DNA of 51,429 bases from contig JAYUUT010000390.1 in NCBI GenBank assembly GCA_043754455.1, positions 1 to 51,429 on the forward strand, in the 5' to 3' direction. Source of the stretch: Myxococcales bacterium (GTDB lineage Bacteria; Myxococcota_A; Polyangia; Fen-1088). Each line of letters starts with the position of its first letter. Position 1 is the first letter of the stretch. Shown here one piece after another: positions 38,984-50,254 of this stretch. The position numbers and the translations under genes were made by a program. The notes beneath the pieces were generated by a model. The model searched no databases and had not been told where the DNA came from. It saw only the letters and a list, made by a program, of their open reading frames with translations.

Positions 38984-40267
38984 TCAGAGATTCGAGCCGC
39001 AACCGACCTTGATCAATACGCGTTTGCGCGAAACGTCAGTCGAAAAGCCACCTGCCTGGGGCTTGTCGACATACGTCACAAAGAAACCGCCTTGCATGGG
39101 CCAGGCTGACAGGGGCCCGCTTTCGCCCTGTAAGGGCAGGAAAAACGTCCCGCCTTTGGGGGTCCCGCGGTAGTCAAACCTGTCCACCTGCGGGCTGTTT
39201 GGGCTGGCGTAGGTCAACGCGTAATCGGTCCCGATGGGGGCCAGGCAGGCCAAAGGCGGCTGTTTTGAGGGGCCGCCAAAACGAACCGCCGCCTTCACGA
39301 TACGCGAATACGTTGATTGGCGGTCGCCCCCATCCGCGTCCGGTTCGGTCTTGAAATCTGCGAAGTAGGTTCCCACGGGCGTCTGCCAGGCGATGGAATA
39401 CCCCTTCACTTTGGGCCGGGGCAGATTGGGGGTCACCACCGGGCAGTCCATCGTGTCGGTTTCAGGTGACACCGCCAACGCCCAATCCAGCCGACCATCG
39501 TCAGCAAAATCAAGCAGATGCCATTCGGGTTTGTTGGCTTCCGTGGCGGGGGGAACCACCGCACTGAGGCTGAATTCGGTGCGTGAAGGTACGAAGGCCA
39601 GGCAGTTCCAAGTGGGGCCGATCTGTTTGACAGAGGTCGGCATCGCGGCATCCCCTAGGGCTTCACCATCCGGGCGCATGATCAGCATCATGGGCGGTAC
39701 GGGTTGCCCGTCAAACCCCCACGCCAGCGCGGCCCGTTTGCCGTTGACTGACGTGCCCATGACGAGGCGAAGTTTGGTTTCTGCGTCGGGAAGTGCGGGC
39801 AGATCCAAAAGGCGTTTGGGCGCAGAAGGTTCGCCGCCGGCATCCTGGGTGATGGTCTGAACTTCGATAAATTCACCCGTCCCCGCCGCCTTCGGAGGCC
39901 GTTTAACGCCGATGACCACCAACAGTTGATCCCCCGGGGCGGCCTTCCCCGTCAGAGCGAAAAACGGCCCCACCACCCGCGCCGGAACCGTCATCGTGGT
40001 TTCTTTTTCGATGGCGCCCCCGGTTTCCCCAATTTGACCCCAGCGGATCGTGTCCTTGTCCAGTCCGACGAGCCCAAACGTGGCGCCGGTGCGAATCAGT
40101 TTCACGTTTTCCATGGCCGCAAGTGGCGAATCTTTGACGTCGAACACCCCATCGGACGCGCAGCCGACGGCCGGATCGTTCTTGCATCCGAGTCCAGAAA
40201 AACCGAAGGCCCAGCTGAGGCCTGCGATGATGATAATTGGCGTTCTTTGTGACGGACGGGTTCCCAT
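38984..40267 (-). CDS. Hypothetical lipoprotein
   Basis: GLGC lipobox; GGGGAG RBS; beta-rich. Confidence 0.7.
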   Translation of the reverse strand: MGTRPSQRTPIIIIAGLSWAFGFSGLGCKNDPAVGCASDGVFDVKDSPLAAMENVKLIRTGATFGLVGLDKDTIRWGQIGETGGAIEKETTMTVPARVVGPFFALTGKAAPGDQLLVVIGVKRPPKAAGTGEFIEVQTITQDAGGEPSAPKRLLDLPALPDAETKLRLVMGTSVNGKRAALAWGFDGQPVPPMMLIMRPDGEALGDAAMPTSVKQIGPTWNCLAFVPSRTEFSLSAVVPPATEANKPEWHLLDFADDGRLDWALAVSPETDTMDCPVVTPNLPRPKVKGYSIAWQTPVGTYFADFKTEPDADGGDRQSTYSRIVKAAVRFGGPSKQPPLACLAPIGTDYALTYASPNSPQVDRFDYRGTPKGGTFFLPLQGESGPLSAWPMQGGFFVTYVDKPQAGGFSTDVSRKRVLIKVGCGSNL

Positions 40268-40345
40268 GCGCTCCCCTTAAGAAGGCTGACGCACGATCAT
40301 AGTTGATGGGCGCCGTAAGCGAAAGTTGTAAGACCTACGGGGCAT

Positions 40346-43300
40346 CTACCCCGCTGAAACCCCGTGGCACTTCTTGTACTTTTTGCCGCTGCCGCAGGGG
40401 CACGGATCGTTGCGGCCAACCTTGGGGCCTTCGCGGCGTTGCGGCTGGGCTGTGTCGTCGGCTGCGGCGTCTTGCGCTTCACCCCCCCCGGATTCGACCA
40501 TGCGGCGGGCGTTTTTCTTGCGTTGCTCCGGCACTTCGGGCTCTTCGCCTTCGCGTTTGACCTGCACATGGAACAGTTTTTCGCAGACGTTTTTCTGGAT
40601 GGCGACCAACATCCCCTGGAAGATGACAAACCCTTCCTTCTTGTATTCTTGTTTCGGATCTTTCTGGCCGTAGCCGCGCAGGCCGATGCCTTCGCGAAGC
40701 GCCTCCATGGCGCGCAAATGTTCGATCCAGCGGGCGTCGATTTCTTCTAAGAAAAAAGATCGGGAAAGGTAGATCAGAAGCGGCAGTCCAAATTCGGATT
40801 CGCGCGCTTCGACGATTTTTTCCAGTTCGCCCCACAGGTATTCAGCCAGGCTGTCACGTTCGGCAAACAGTTTGGACGCGGACATTTCGAAGCCAAACCG
40901 TTCCTTTACGCCCGCCACCAAGGCGGACATGTTCCAGGCTTCGGCGTGGGCGCCGCGGGGGCAAACCTCGTCCAGGAACTGTTGCAGCACGTCTTCGGCA
41001 AGATCCAGCAGGCGTTCGCGCTGCTGCAACATCGACGACGCAATTTCGGTGCTCAGCCGATCAAGTGTCGCTGTGCGATCGTCCAGCATGCCGGTGACGT
41101 CGGGATAGGTTCCAAACTGCCGGTAGATCGACGACCTGAACATTTCCACGTTTAGGGGAATTTCCAGCATGGGGGCTGCGGTGCCATCCGCGGTCTGCGC
41201 GCCCTGGGTGTGAGACAGGGCATCCGCCATCTTTGCAAGCTGAGGCCGCGCTGATTTGGTCAGGGCTTCTTGTGTGTGTTTTCCCGACGCATCCGCGGTT
41301 ACAGGTTTTTTGCCCGCCTTTTTTTCTTCGGGGCTTAGTTCCCGCGCGTACCGGCCTTCGAGCACCTGGCGCCGCAAGGCATAGATGCTCTTGCGTTGCT
41401 GGTTCATCACGTCGTCGTATTCCAGCAGGTTCTTGCGGATATCGAAGTTGTGACCTTCGACCCGTTTTTGCGCGCTTTCGATGGATTTGTTGATCCAGGG
41501 GTGTTCGATGGGGACATCTTCTTCCATCCCCAGCCGTTCCATGAGGCCCGTTATCCGTTCAGCCCCGAAAATGCGCATCAGATCGTCTTCGAGGCTTAGA
41601 TAAAACCGTGATCCGCCCGGATCGCCCTGGCGTCCCGCACGGCCGCGCAATTGGTTGTCGACGCGCCGGGATTCATGCCGTTCGGTGCCCAGGATTTGCA
41701 GACCCCCGCTTTCGATGATCTCCTTCTTCTGACCTTCGCAGTCGTCTTTCCAGCGGGCAAAGGCGGCCTGGTATTGGGGTTGCAACTCTTCGACGATCTC
41801 GTGGCCGATCTTGGCGGCGTTTTCAGGATCGACCTCGGCCCGGGCCAACATTTCGGGGTTCCCGCCCAGCAAGATGTCGGTCCCGCGGCCTGCCATATTG
41901 GTGGAAATCGTGACCGACCCTTTGCGGCCGGCCTGGGCGACAATCAGGGCCTCGCGTTCGTGCTGTTTGGCGTTCAGGACGCTGTGGGGGATTTCTTTCT
42001 TGCGCAGCATCGACGCGACGACTTCAGATTTTTCCACCGATACGGTGCCGACCAAAACCGGTTGGCCCTTCTGGTGGCATTGTTCGATGTCGTTCACTAG
42101 GGCGCGGAATTTGCCCTTTTCATTCTTGTAGACGACGTCGTCGGCATCCTTGCGGACGTTGGTCCGGTTGGTCGGAATGACGTTGACGTCCAGTTTGTAG
42201 ATCTTGGAAAATTCTTCGGCTTCCGTGTCGGCGGTGCCGGTCATGCCGCACAGTTTTTTGTAAAGGCGGAAGAAGTTCTGGTAGCTGATGGTCGCCAGGG
42301 TCTGGTTTTCTTCCTGAATCTCGACGCCTTCTTTCGCTTCGATGGCCTGGTGAAGGCCGTCGGACCAACGTCGGCCCGGCATTTTGCGGCCGGTGAATTC
42401 ATCAACGATGACGACCTTGCCTTCTTCGATCAGGTAATTGACGTCGCGTTTGTACAGCGTGTGGGCGCGCAGCGCCTGGTTCACATGGTGCAGCCAGGCG
42501 ATGTTTTCTGCGTCGTACAAATTATCGAGTTTCAGGCGCTGTTCGACCCGGTCGACACCCGAATCGGTCATCATCACCGAATGGGCCTTTTCATCGACGG
42601 TGAAATCAATGTCCTTGCGCAGCCCCGGAATGATGCCGTTGACCTGCGTATATAAATCCGCTGATTCTTCGGCAGGGCCGGAAATGATCAGCGGCGTTCG
42701 CGCTTCATCGACCAGGATTGAATCGACCTCGTCAACGATGGCGTAATGCAGATCGCGCTGCACGTAATCTTCGATGCTCAGCTTCATGTTGTCGCGCAGG
42801 TAATCGAAGCCCAGTTCCGAATTCATGCCGTAGGCGATGTCGGATCGGTAGGCGGCCTGCCGTTCAGCGTTGGTGAGGCCGTGGACGACCACACCCACGG
42901 TCAGCCCCAGGGATTTGTAGATGCGCCCCATCCATTCGGCGTCGCGGCGGGCTAGGTAGTCGTTGACTGTGACGACGTGGACACCCTTGCCTTCTAGGGC
43001 ATTGAGGTAGGCGGGCAAGGTCGCAACCAGGGTCTTGCCCTCGCCGGTTTTCATTTCCGAGATGACCCCCCGGTGAAGGATGGTCCCCCCGACCAACTGC
43101 ACGTCGAAGTGCCGCATGTTCAGCACGCGCTTACCGGCTTCCCGGCAGGTGGCGAAGGCCTCGGGTAAAAGGCTGTCCAAGGTTTCTCCGCGGCCCAATC
43201 GCCGCCGGTATTCCCCGGTCAAGGCCCGCAGATCCTCGTCGGACCGCTTCTGCATGGCGGGTTCAAGTTCGTTAATGCGCGCGACGAGGGGCGCAATGCC

Positions 43301-43357
43301 CTTCAAAACGCGGCCGTTTTTTGTACCGAAGAGCTTTTTGAGAATGTAGGAAACCAC
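40346..43357 (-). CDS. secA: Preprotein translocase ATPase SecA
   Basis: [50 protein letters not shown]; start likely GTG 43357. Confidence 0.97.
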   Translation of the reverse strand: MVSYILKKLFGTKNGRVLKGIAPLVARINELEPAMQKRSDEDLRALTGEYRRRLGRGETLDSLLPEAFATCREAGKRVLNMRHFDVQLVGGTILHRGVISEMKTGEGKTLVATLPAYLNALEGKGVHVVTVNDYLARRDAEWMGRIYKSLGLTVGVVVHGLTNAERQAAYRSDIAYGMNSELGFDYLRDNMKLSIEDYVQRDLHYAIVDEVDSILVDEARTPLIISGPAEESADLYTQVNGIIPGLRKDIDFTVDEKAHSVMMTDSGVDRVEQRLKLDNLYDAENIAWLHHVNQALRAHTLYKRDVNYLIEEGKVVIVDEFTGRKMPGRRWSDGLHQAIEAKEGVEIQEENQTLATISYQNFFRLYKKLCGMTGTADTEAEEFSKIYKLDVNVIPTNRTNVRKDADDVVYKNEKGKFRALVNDIEQCHQKGQPVLVGTVSVEKSEVVASMLRKKEIPHSVLNAKQHEREALIVAQAGRKGSVTISTNMAGRGTDILLGGNPEMLARAEVDPENAAKIGHEIVEELQPQYQAAFARWKDDCEGQKKEIIESGGLQILGTERHESRRVDNQLRGRAGRQGDPGGSRFYLSLEDDLMRIFGAERITGLMERLGMEEDVPIEHPWINKSIESAQKRVEGHNFDIRKNLLEYDDVMNQQRKSIYALRRQVLEGRYARELSPEEKKAGKKPVTADASGKHTQEALTKSARPQLAKMADALSHTQGAQTADGTAAPMLEIPLNVEMFRSSIYRQFGTYPDVTGMLDDRTATLDRLSTEIASSMLQQRERLLDLAEDVLQQFLDEVCPRGAHAEAWNMSALVAGVKERFGFEMSASKLFAERDSLAEYLWGELEKIVEARESEFGLPLLIYLSRSFFLEEIDARWIEHLRAMEALREGIGLRGYGQKDPKQEYKKEGFVIFQGMLVAIQKNVCEKLFHVQVKREGEEPEVPEQRKKNARRMVESGGGEAQDAAADDTAQPQRREGPKVGRNDPCPCGSGKKYKKCHGVSAG

Positions 43358-43491
43358 GCTTGTCCTTGTGCCGCAGGAAGCCAGATAGGTCGGCAAACTT
43401 AGGGCGCCCCGCGCGGGGAGGCAAGCCCAACGGTAACCCCGGGGGGGGCGCCACCCCGATTTAAGCAAAACGCGTTAAGTGCCGACAGTCC

Positions 43492-46400
43492 TTGACCGTG
43501 TCTTTGCCCCGCCCCCCGACAAATGAGGCCGTCTATGGCGACAGGTTCGAAGTTATAGAGGAATCGGGTGCGGGGGGGATGGGTACGATCTTTCATGCCC
43601 GGGACCGCCGGACGGGGGGTGAGGTGGCCCTGAAGGTGCTGCGGGACCGGCGCGGGCCATCAACAGAACGGTTTGATCAGGAGGCGGCCCTGCTGGCCGA
43701 ATTGCACCATCCGGCGATCGTGACGTACGTGGCGCATGGGTCGACAGCGGCGGGGGAACGGTTTTTGGCCATGGAATGGTTGGCGGGAGAAACGCTGGAG
43801 GATCGGCTGCTGCGTGGACCTTTGGGGGTGGTGGCGACGGCGCGGATGGGGCGTCGCATTCTTGAGGCTTTGGCGGTGGCGCATGCGCGCGGGATTGTGC
43901 ATCGGGATCTGAAGCCGGCGAATTTGTTGCTGCCGGGCGACGATCTGGACGCGGTGAAGCTGATCGATTTCGGCATCGCGCGACGAATGTTCGACAGCCG
44001 GCGTATCACCCTCGTGGGGTCGACGTTGGGCACGCCGATGTATATGTCCCCCGAACAGGCGCGGGGGTCTGGGGACATCGACGCACGGGCGGATCTGTTT
44101 TCTCTGGGCTGTGTGATTTTCGAATGTCTTTCGGGGCAGCCGCCGTTTGTGGGCGAAAGCCCCATCGCGGTGCTGGCCAAGATCTGTCTGGACGATTCGC
44201 TGAACGTTGCCGAACGCTGCCCAGGCCTATCGCCTGTGTTTGCGAAGCTGCTGACCCAGATGTTGGCAAAAGATCCGGCCCACCGACCGCCCAGCGCCGA
44301 CGAACTGGCGGGGGAATTCGCAGATCTGTGCAACCACCTGCTGGCAGACGGGCACGGTGATGACGAAATGGTGGCGATGCGGTCGCGCACGCCAGCGCCC
44401 GTTTCCGAAGCGGACGAAGCGCGGGTGTTGTGTGCGGTGATGGTGGCGTTTCCTAGGCCGTCGGGGGGACCGTTGCCAGGGGACAGTGGGGCGGGCCTGA
44501 CGCTTCTGAACGGAACGACGGGCGTGTCGACAGAGGCAAGTGGGGCCGTGAAGCTGGAATCGCTGCGGCGGCTGCTTGCGCCCTGGGGGGGGAGGGTTGA
44601 CAGGCTGCTGGATGGATCGATGGTGGTCACGTTGGTGGATCGGGGCATCGCGGCGGCGGTGGAACAGGCGGCACGGGCGGCCCGCTGTGCCTTGTTGCTG
44701 AGGCAAGTGTTGCCTGGGGCCGCGTTTGCGTTGGCGACGGGGCGATCGCCGCATGCGGGGGTCTTGCCGATTGGTGATGTGCTCGACACGGGGGCGCGCT
44801 TGTTGTTTGGCGAACCGCCAGGGTCAATATGTGTCGACGATTTGTCGTCTCGGTTTTTGTCGTCTCGGTTCCAACTGGCGGGCGGGCCCAAACGGCACCT
44901 TCTGTTTGAAAAGGGTCCGCACGATCCGCCCCGCGTCCTCCGGGGGAACAGCGCACCGTTCATGGGACGGGATCGGGAACTGGGCACCTTGGAAGCGCTT
45001 TGGGACGAATGTGTGAACGAACGGGCGGCGCGGGTGGCGCTGGTGACGGCGCCTTCGGGGGGCGGCACATCCCGACTGCGCCAGGAACTGGTCGAACGGA
45101 TGATGGCGGATGGCAATCCGTTCGAATACCTGCACGGGCAGGCGGAATCATTGGTGGCGCGGATGCCGCTTGTGTTGTTGGGTTCGGCCTTGCGAACCGC
45201 CGCGGGTCTGTCAGGTCGCGAACGTTCCGAGCAAGCCCGATCCTTGTTTGAAGCTCATTTTTCGCGCTGTCTGGCCCCTGCCCGCGCCCCTGAGGTGGTT
45301 GCCTTCTTGGGTGAGATTGCGGGCGTAAGATTTCGCGATGACGAGGTCCCCGCCCTTGAGGCCGCCCGGCAAGATGCCCGGTTGATGGCGGACGGATTGC
45401 GGCTTGCTTGGTTGGAATGGCTAGAGGCGGCCACCGGCGAAGGGCCTGTAGCGTTGGTGCTCGAAGACGTTCACGCCGCGGACAGGGCCAGTCTGGGCCT
45501 GGTGGATGTGGCGCTGCAGGTGTTATCCGATCGACCGTTGTTTGTGCTGGCCCTGGGTCGTCCGGAATCGGTGGCCCCTGTTGATGAAGCCTGGTCAAAC
45601 CGCGATGTGTTGCGGTTGCCTCTGCCCCCGTTGACGTCCAAGGCCTGCCAGAAAATGGCGATCGGCACGGTGGCGGAACTGGGGGACGAACGTGCCGCCT
45701 GGCTGGTCGAACGGGCGCATGGGCTGCCCTGGGCCATCGAAGAGGTCTTGCGGGGCGCGGATGTGGCCCAAGGTGAATCGTCCCCGGTGCCAAGCGATCT
45801 CGTGGCCAGGAGGCTGGGGCTGCGCGACGAGCGGACGCAACAGATTCTGGGGGCGCTGTCGGTTCTGGGGGCCGGATGTTCGGCGGGTGATGTGGCGGGG
45901 GTGCTGGGCCTTGCGACACATTTTGAAGTGGCGCCCGCACTGGCTGACCTGGTGGCTGACGAAACCTTGCACAGCTTTCGGCAGGGGGACGAAGAACTGT
46001 TTTCGTTCCGCCAGGTTCTGACCGCCGAGGTCGTGTACCGGGGCCTTCGCGAAGACGAACGGCGTGGCCTGCACGCGGCGGCGGGACGGATTTGTGCGGG
46101 ACGAGGGGGCGCGGACACGGCGCGGGCGGCGGCGCATCTGTCGCGGGCGGCGGCGGCGGGGGCTGATGCGGCCCTTGTGGCGGTGGCGGAACGGGCGCTT
46201 TACGCTGGTGATGCGGTGACCGCGCGGTTGCTGGCCGAGGCAGGATTGCACAGCGGTCCCGAAGAAGAGATCCGGGCCCGGTTGCGCCTGTGTGAAGCCG
46301 AGGCGGCGCTGGCCCAGGGACATCCCCGCGAGGCGGAGGTTGCTTCGCGCGAGGCCCGGGATCGGGGGCGTGGCGCGGTCGTGCTGGACGCCGCTCGTGT

Positions 46401-47520
46401 GTGTGCAATCGCAGTGGCGATGCAGCGTCGATGGGACGATTTTGACCAGGCCGTGACGGTCTTGGCCGATCGGCACGCCTCCGGAGATGATGAAGTGCGC
46501 GCCTTGCACAGGGGGTGGGTCGAGCTAGCCGCTGTGCTGATTCAGCTGGGGAAACCCGAACGCGCGGATGTATGGTTGGACCGGGTGGAGGTGGCGGGCC
46601 GTAGCGTGACACCGCTGCTTGCGGGGCGGGCGCGGGCGCTGCGGGCGGCACTGGCCGAGCTAGCGGGAGATACGGTTGCGGCGGTGGCGTCTTACGAAAC
46701 CGCGTCGCGTATGTTGGAAGCGGTCGGTGATGCGCGACGGGCGGCGCTGGTTCGAATGGAACTTGGGCGCATCTTCGCGGCAATGGGTATGGTGGATTCG
46801 GCGGAACAAAATCTGCGGCGCGCCCTTTTGGTCATGGAAAGGTTGGGCGGCACGGACCAGATTGGGCCCATCCTGCTGGATCTGGGCAACGCGTTGCTGG
46901 CGATGGGGCGCAGGTTTGAAGCACGAATGTTTGCCGAACGGGCGATGGATCAGGCAGTCGGACGCGGTGACACCGAGGCGCAGATCGGCGCCGCGGTGTT
47001 GATGGGGCAGGTGGCGTTAGGGGACGACGATCCCCTTCGGGCAGAAAATCAAGCGCGAGGCGCGGTAGAAACCGCCAGGAGTGTTGGATCTCCTCTGCAG
47101 GCGCTGGCTTTGGGTGTGTTGGCGCGGGCGCTGCTGGGACAGGGGCGGGTGCCCGAGGCGCGTGAGATTGTCGGTGATGCGAACGCGAGAATGGAAACCC
47201 GGACGCGCAGTGGGGCGCCCCGATCTCGGCCGTCGTCGTCAACGGGACTGCCGATCGTGACCCCAGGTGCGGCGCTTTCGCTCGCGGGACATCAGGCTGC
47301 GTGTCCAGGCGAAAGTCTGGTACGGCTGGTTTGTGCGGAGACGTTTGCGGCCTCTGGTGAAATGGCGCTGGGACGTCGGGTGCTGGAGCGGGCGTGCGCG
47401 CGATTAGAAGAGAGGGCCGCCGCATTGGGAAAACCGGAATGGCGCGCAAGCTTCTTGCAGCGACTGCCAGACAACGCCCGCACAGTCGGCTTGCGCAGCC
47501 AGTGGCGTCTGGGGGCGTGA
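43492..47520 (+). CDS. Ser/Thr protein kinase fused to STAND/AAA_16-like domain and TPR-like repeats
   Basis: GAGGMG, VALK, HRDLKPAN, DFG, YMSPE; FMGRDREL, APSGGGTSRL, LVLEDVH; helical C-terminus. Confidence 0.88.
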   Translation: MTVSLPRPPTNEAVYGDRFEVIEESGAGGMGTIFHARDRRTGGEVALKVLRDRRGPSTERFDQEAALLAELHHPAIVTYVAHGSTAAGERFLAMEWLAGETLEDRLLRGPLGVVATARMGRRILEALAVAHARGIVHRDLKPANLLLPGDDLDAVKLIDFGIARRMFDSRRITLVGSTLGTPMYMSPEQARGSGDIDARADLFSLGCVIFECLSGQPPFVGESPIAVLAKICLDDSLNVAERCPGLSPVFAKLLTQMLAKDPAHRPPSADELAGEFADLCNHLLADGHGDDEMVAMRSRTPAPVSEADEARVLCAVMVAFPRPSGGPLPGDSGAGLTLLNGTTGVSTEASGAVKLESLRRLLAPWGGRVDRLLDGSMVVTLVDRGIAAAVEQAARAARCALLLRQVLPGAAFALATGRSPHAGVLPIGDVLDTGARLLFGEPPGSICVDDLSSRFLSSRFQLAGGPKRHLLFEKGPHDPPRVLRGNSAPFMGRDRELGTLEALWDECVNERAARVALVTAPSGGGTSRLRQELVERMMADGNPFEYLHGQAESLVARMPLVLLGSALRTAAGLSGRERSEQARSLFEAHFSRCLAPARAPEVVAFLGEIAGVRFRDDEVPALEAARQDARLMADGLRLAWLEWLEAATGEGPVALVLEDVHAADRASLGLVDVALQVLSDRPLFVLALGRPESVAPVDEAWSNRDVLRLPLPPLTSKACQKMAIGTVAELGDERAAWLVERAHGLPWAIEEVLRGADVAQGESSPVPSDLVARRLGLRDERTQQILGALSVLGAGCSAGDVAGVLGLATHFEVAPALADLVADETLHSFRQGDEELFSFRQVLTAEVVYRGLREDERRGLHAAAGRICAGRGGADTARAAAHLSRAAAAGADAALVAVAERALYAGDAVTARLLAEAGLHSGPEEEIRARLRLCEAEAALAQGHPREAEVASREARDRGRGAVVLDAARVCAIAVAMQRRWDDFDQAVTVLADRHASGDDEVRALHRGWVELAAVLIQLGKPERADVWLDRVEVAGRSVTPLLAGRARALRAALAELAGDTVAAVASYETASRMLEAVGDARRAALVRMELGRIFAAMGMVDSAEQNLRRALLVMERLGGTDQIGPILLDLGNALLAMGRRFEARMFAERAMDQAVGRGDTEAQIGAAVLMGQVALGDDDPLRAENQARGAVETARSVGSPLQALALGVLARALLGQGRVPEAREIVGDANARMETRTRSGAPRSRPSSSTGLPIVTPGAALSLAGHQAACPGESLVRLVCAETFAASGEMALGRRVLERACARLEERAAALGKPEWRASFLQRLPDNARTVGLRSQWRLGA

Positions 47521-47555
47521 CAGACAGCCAGGCGCTGCGGCTTCGGAGTGTTTAG

Positions 47556-49529
47556 CTACCTAAAGAACGACACAAAGATGTTGTAGAGGTTTGGATCCGA
47601 CATTTTCTGTGTGTAGTCAGCAAATATCCATGGGACAAGCGAGATGCCGGTCGAGGTTGTTGCGATAGAAATGGGCCACGAAACGGCTTGTTTGGGCTGT
47701 TCAGCTATCGTGACTTCGGGCTGCCACCCCTTGCCCACAACAAATTGACGGGCGACCAACGCTATCGTCAACGCGGGATCATCCTTGACCTTCCTCCATA
47801 CAACTTGGGTGTTTCCAGTCGCGTCGCTTGCAACATTGTGATGTAGGAGTTGTTCGTAGTCATTGGAGTTGCCCTTGGCGAGGTTGTTCTGTTCCAAAAG
47901 CTGCATCATTCCCCATCCGCCGGCGGGGTCGAAACGGGTCGCGGCCGCCTGGTAGCGGTTATTGGCAAGGCCAATAGAAAAGGCGACGGTTGCGCCCCCG
48001 CGATCGTCGATCGCCAGTCTGGGCCAGGTGATGCTGGATAGTCCCTGCACCTGCACGGGGGCCGTGAACCCATCAGATGGGGCAAACCGGCTTGCGACAA
48101 TTTCTGTCCCGTTCATGTTTTCGTAACGTTGGGTCCAGACCAAGAAGCCCTTGTCCCCGGTCGGGGTCAGAGCGGTCGTAAGGTTTTCCGAGTAGTAGTT
48201 GTGGGTGCTGATAATGCGAGGTGCGGCAAGGGTGGCGCCGGTAAACTGGGCGACGTAGACATGGTTCTTGTACCCATCAGTGACGGTCGGGGCTGGTTGT
48301 TGCCAGCCAATGAAACCGGATCCGACGTTGTCGATGACCACGGACACCTCGCGCGAGTTCGAGGTATCCATGGCGTCAAGCACTTGGGTGGCGGGACTCC
48401 AGTTGGCACCGTCAAAATAGGTTGTATAGACCCTGTTGATATTGGCTATTCCCTGTTCGAATACCGCGCGCGCCCGCCCCGATGGGCTTATGGCGACACT
48501 TGGCGTGTAGGAGTTGGAGCCCGCATGAATGCGAATGGGTGGCGTCCAACTGTTGCCCCCGTCCGCTGAATGCGAAACCCAGATGCCCAGCAGCGCGGCC
48601 TCGCTGCTGCGGTTCGCCCAAATTGTTATGGCCTTGTTGTTGCGGTCTACCGCCACCGTCGGACGGTCGGGACTGCCCCGGTTGTCCAGAACCTTCGGCG
48701 TCCCCCACACTTTCGTTCCGGCTTGGTAGGACAGGGCCTTCACACTGCCGTTTTCTTCGAATACCAGTACCGCGTCGCCCGTCAGACGGTTAGCCGCGAC
48801 CTCGACCCTGTATTCTCGTTGAAGGAGATCGTTTTCGACGTTCTCTGGTTTCGTCCACATGGCCGGCACGGCATCCGGGGCTGTATCGGGGATTGTTCCC
48901 GGGTTGGCTCCGCTGTCAAGGTTGCTATCTGCGCGGCTGTCAATCACGGACGGGCTGTCCACGATGGGTCCTTGATCGGCCCGGTCGGGACCGGCACCAT
49001 CGACATTGGCAGCTCTCGCGTCGGGATCTGATGAAGGTTTCCCTGGAACATCGGCCTCAGGACCCGCCCCAGAATCGGGGTCTCGAGGTCGTCCATCGCT
49101 TTGGCCCATAGGCGCTGAAATACCTCCGTCGGCCGATCGCGTAACCGGGGGGGCACCCGCCAGAATCGTCAGTTTGACGATGTCGGAGGATCCCCGTCCG
49201 TGCAGGGTCACCTTTGCCGGTGCGGCGTATCCCACCACCTTGCGGCTAAGGAATCCGGTGGCGTTCACCTCAAACTCGCCGGTTAAATCCGTGGAGACGC
49301 GCAATCCAACCTTGAGGGGTCCGGACATGGCGCCCTGCCAGGGAACAGTCTTGGTGCTGACGGGCTGTTTGGCCTGAAGGATCTGAAACTCGACCGAATC
49401 AACTTCCCCCACTTGGACGTCACGAATGACATCAACCAGGACCAATTGATCGCTCTTTTCGGCGCAGCCAAGGGCTAATCCGAGAGCCAAGAGGGTGGCA
49501 CTCAGGGGCAGATGCGATCGGGCGAACAT
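47556..49529 (-). CDS. Lipoprotein with beta-propeller (Asp-box/BNR-like) domain
   Basis: ALGC lipobox; AGGAG RBS; Pro/Asp linker; SADGGNSW. Confidence 0.7.
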   Translation of the reverse strand: MFARSHLPLSATLLALGLALGCAEKSDQLVLVDVIRDVQVGEVDSVEFQILQAKQPVSTKTVPWQGAMSGPLKVGLRVSTDLTGEFEVNATGFLSRKVVGYAAPAKVTLHGRGSSDIVKLTILAGAPPVTRSADGGISAPMGQSDGRPRDPDSGAGPEADVPGKPSSDPDARAANVDGAGPDRADQGPIVDSPSVIDSRADSNLDSGANPGTIPDTAPDAVPAMWTKPENVENDLLQREYRVEVAANRLTGDAVLVFEENGSVKALSYQAGTKVWGTPKVLDNRGSPDRPTVAVDRNNKAITIWANRSSEAALLGIWVSHSADGGNSWTPPIRIHAGSNSYTPSVAISPSGRARAVFEQGIANINRVYTTYFDGANWSPATQVLDAMDTSNSREVSVVIDNVGSGFIGWQQPAPTVTDGYKNHVYVAQFTGATLAAPRIISTHNYYSENLTTALTPTGDKGFLVWTQRYENMNGTEIVASRFAPSDGFTAPVQVQGLSSITWPRLAIDDRGGATVAFSIGLANNRYQAAATRFDPAGGWGMMQLLEQNNLAKGNSNDYEQLLHHNVASDATGNTQVVWRKVKDDPALTIALVARQFVVGKGWQPEVTIAEQPKQAVSWPISIATTSTGISLVPWIFADYTQKMSDPNLYNIFVSFFR

Positions 49530-50185
49530 GACGTCTCCTTTGACTTTGAAAATACCGTCAACCCCAGCACTGTCGCAGCGGTGCCTGCCACGACAACCCC
49601 TAAGCCTATCCACACCCAATTTGCTGTTGTTCTCAAAGGGGGCGGGGCAGCGGCGACCGGCGTCTGCATGAGGATGGGTGCAGGAGGGGGCGCGTGAGCC
49701 GTGTTGGGGGGGGCGGCAGCGGGTCCGGGATCTTTGACGGTGGGTCTGGCGACGGCGCGTTCACGCTTGAGGGCCAGGGCCTCCATTTCGGTAATATACC
49801 CATCTACCTCGGTCCGATCGTCGACCTTGAGATCCTTCGCCTTGCGCAGATAGTCCCGGAAACTATTAATCGATTTTTCGGGATCGTTTAGGTACTGGTA
49901 GCAACGTCCAATGTTCCTAAGGTAGTTGGGGTGAAGGGTTTCTGCGTAAAGCTTCGCGAAAAGTTCAAGCGCCTTGCGGTGGTCGCCAGCGGCGAAGGCT
50001 TCACGGGCCTCCAATTCGCGCGGGTCGGTTTTCGCTGCGGGAAGGGCGCGGCCCGACCGCCCCGAGGGCGTTCTCGGGGCCGCTGTGGCGGACGAAACGG
50101 AGCCGATCGCTCCGTGGAGCAATAGGGCCACGAAAACCAAGTCCCACGCAATTCTGGTCCGCGCCTGTCGGGGTGACAATGTCAT
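49502..50185 (-). CDS. TPR-containing exported protein with C-terminal TM
   Basis: AREAFAAG....AL..F.KLY....HPNYLRNIGRCY; Pro linker; WVWIG TM. Confidence 0.75.
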   Translation of the reverse strand: MTLSPRQARTRIAWDLVFVALLLHGAIGSVSSATAAPRTPSGRSGRALPAAKTDPRELEAREAFAAGDHRKALELFAKLYAETLHPNYLRNIGRCYQYLNDPEKSINSFRDYLRKAKDLKVDDRTEVDGYITEMEALALKRERAVARPTVKDPGPAAAPPNTAHAPPPAPILMQTPVAAAPPPLRTTANWVWIGLGVVVAGTAATVLGLTVFSKSKETSCSPDRICP

Positions 50186-50254
50186 TGTTGCGGGGATTGT
50201 AGCCTGTCTTGTTAGAAAGGAACGCACGCCCGGAGGACCCCTGGGCCCAATCGG

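Noticed and set aside
43677-46783. Long minus-strand ORFs (479, 607 and 304 aa)
   Set aside because: Low-complexity shadows of the GC-rich kinase gene
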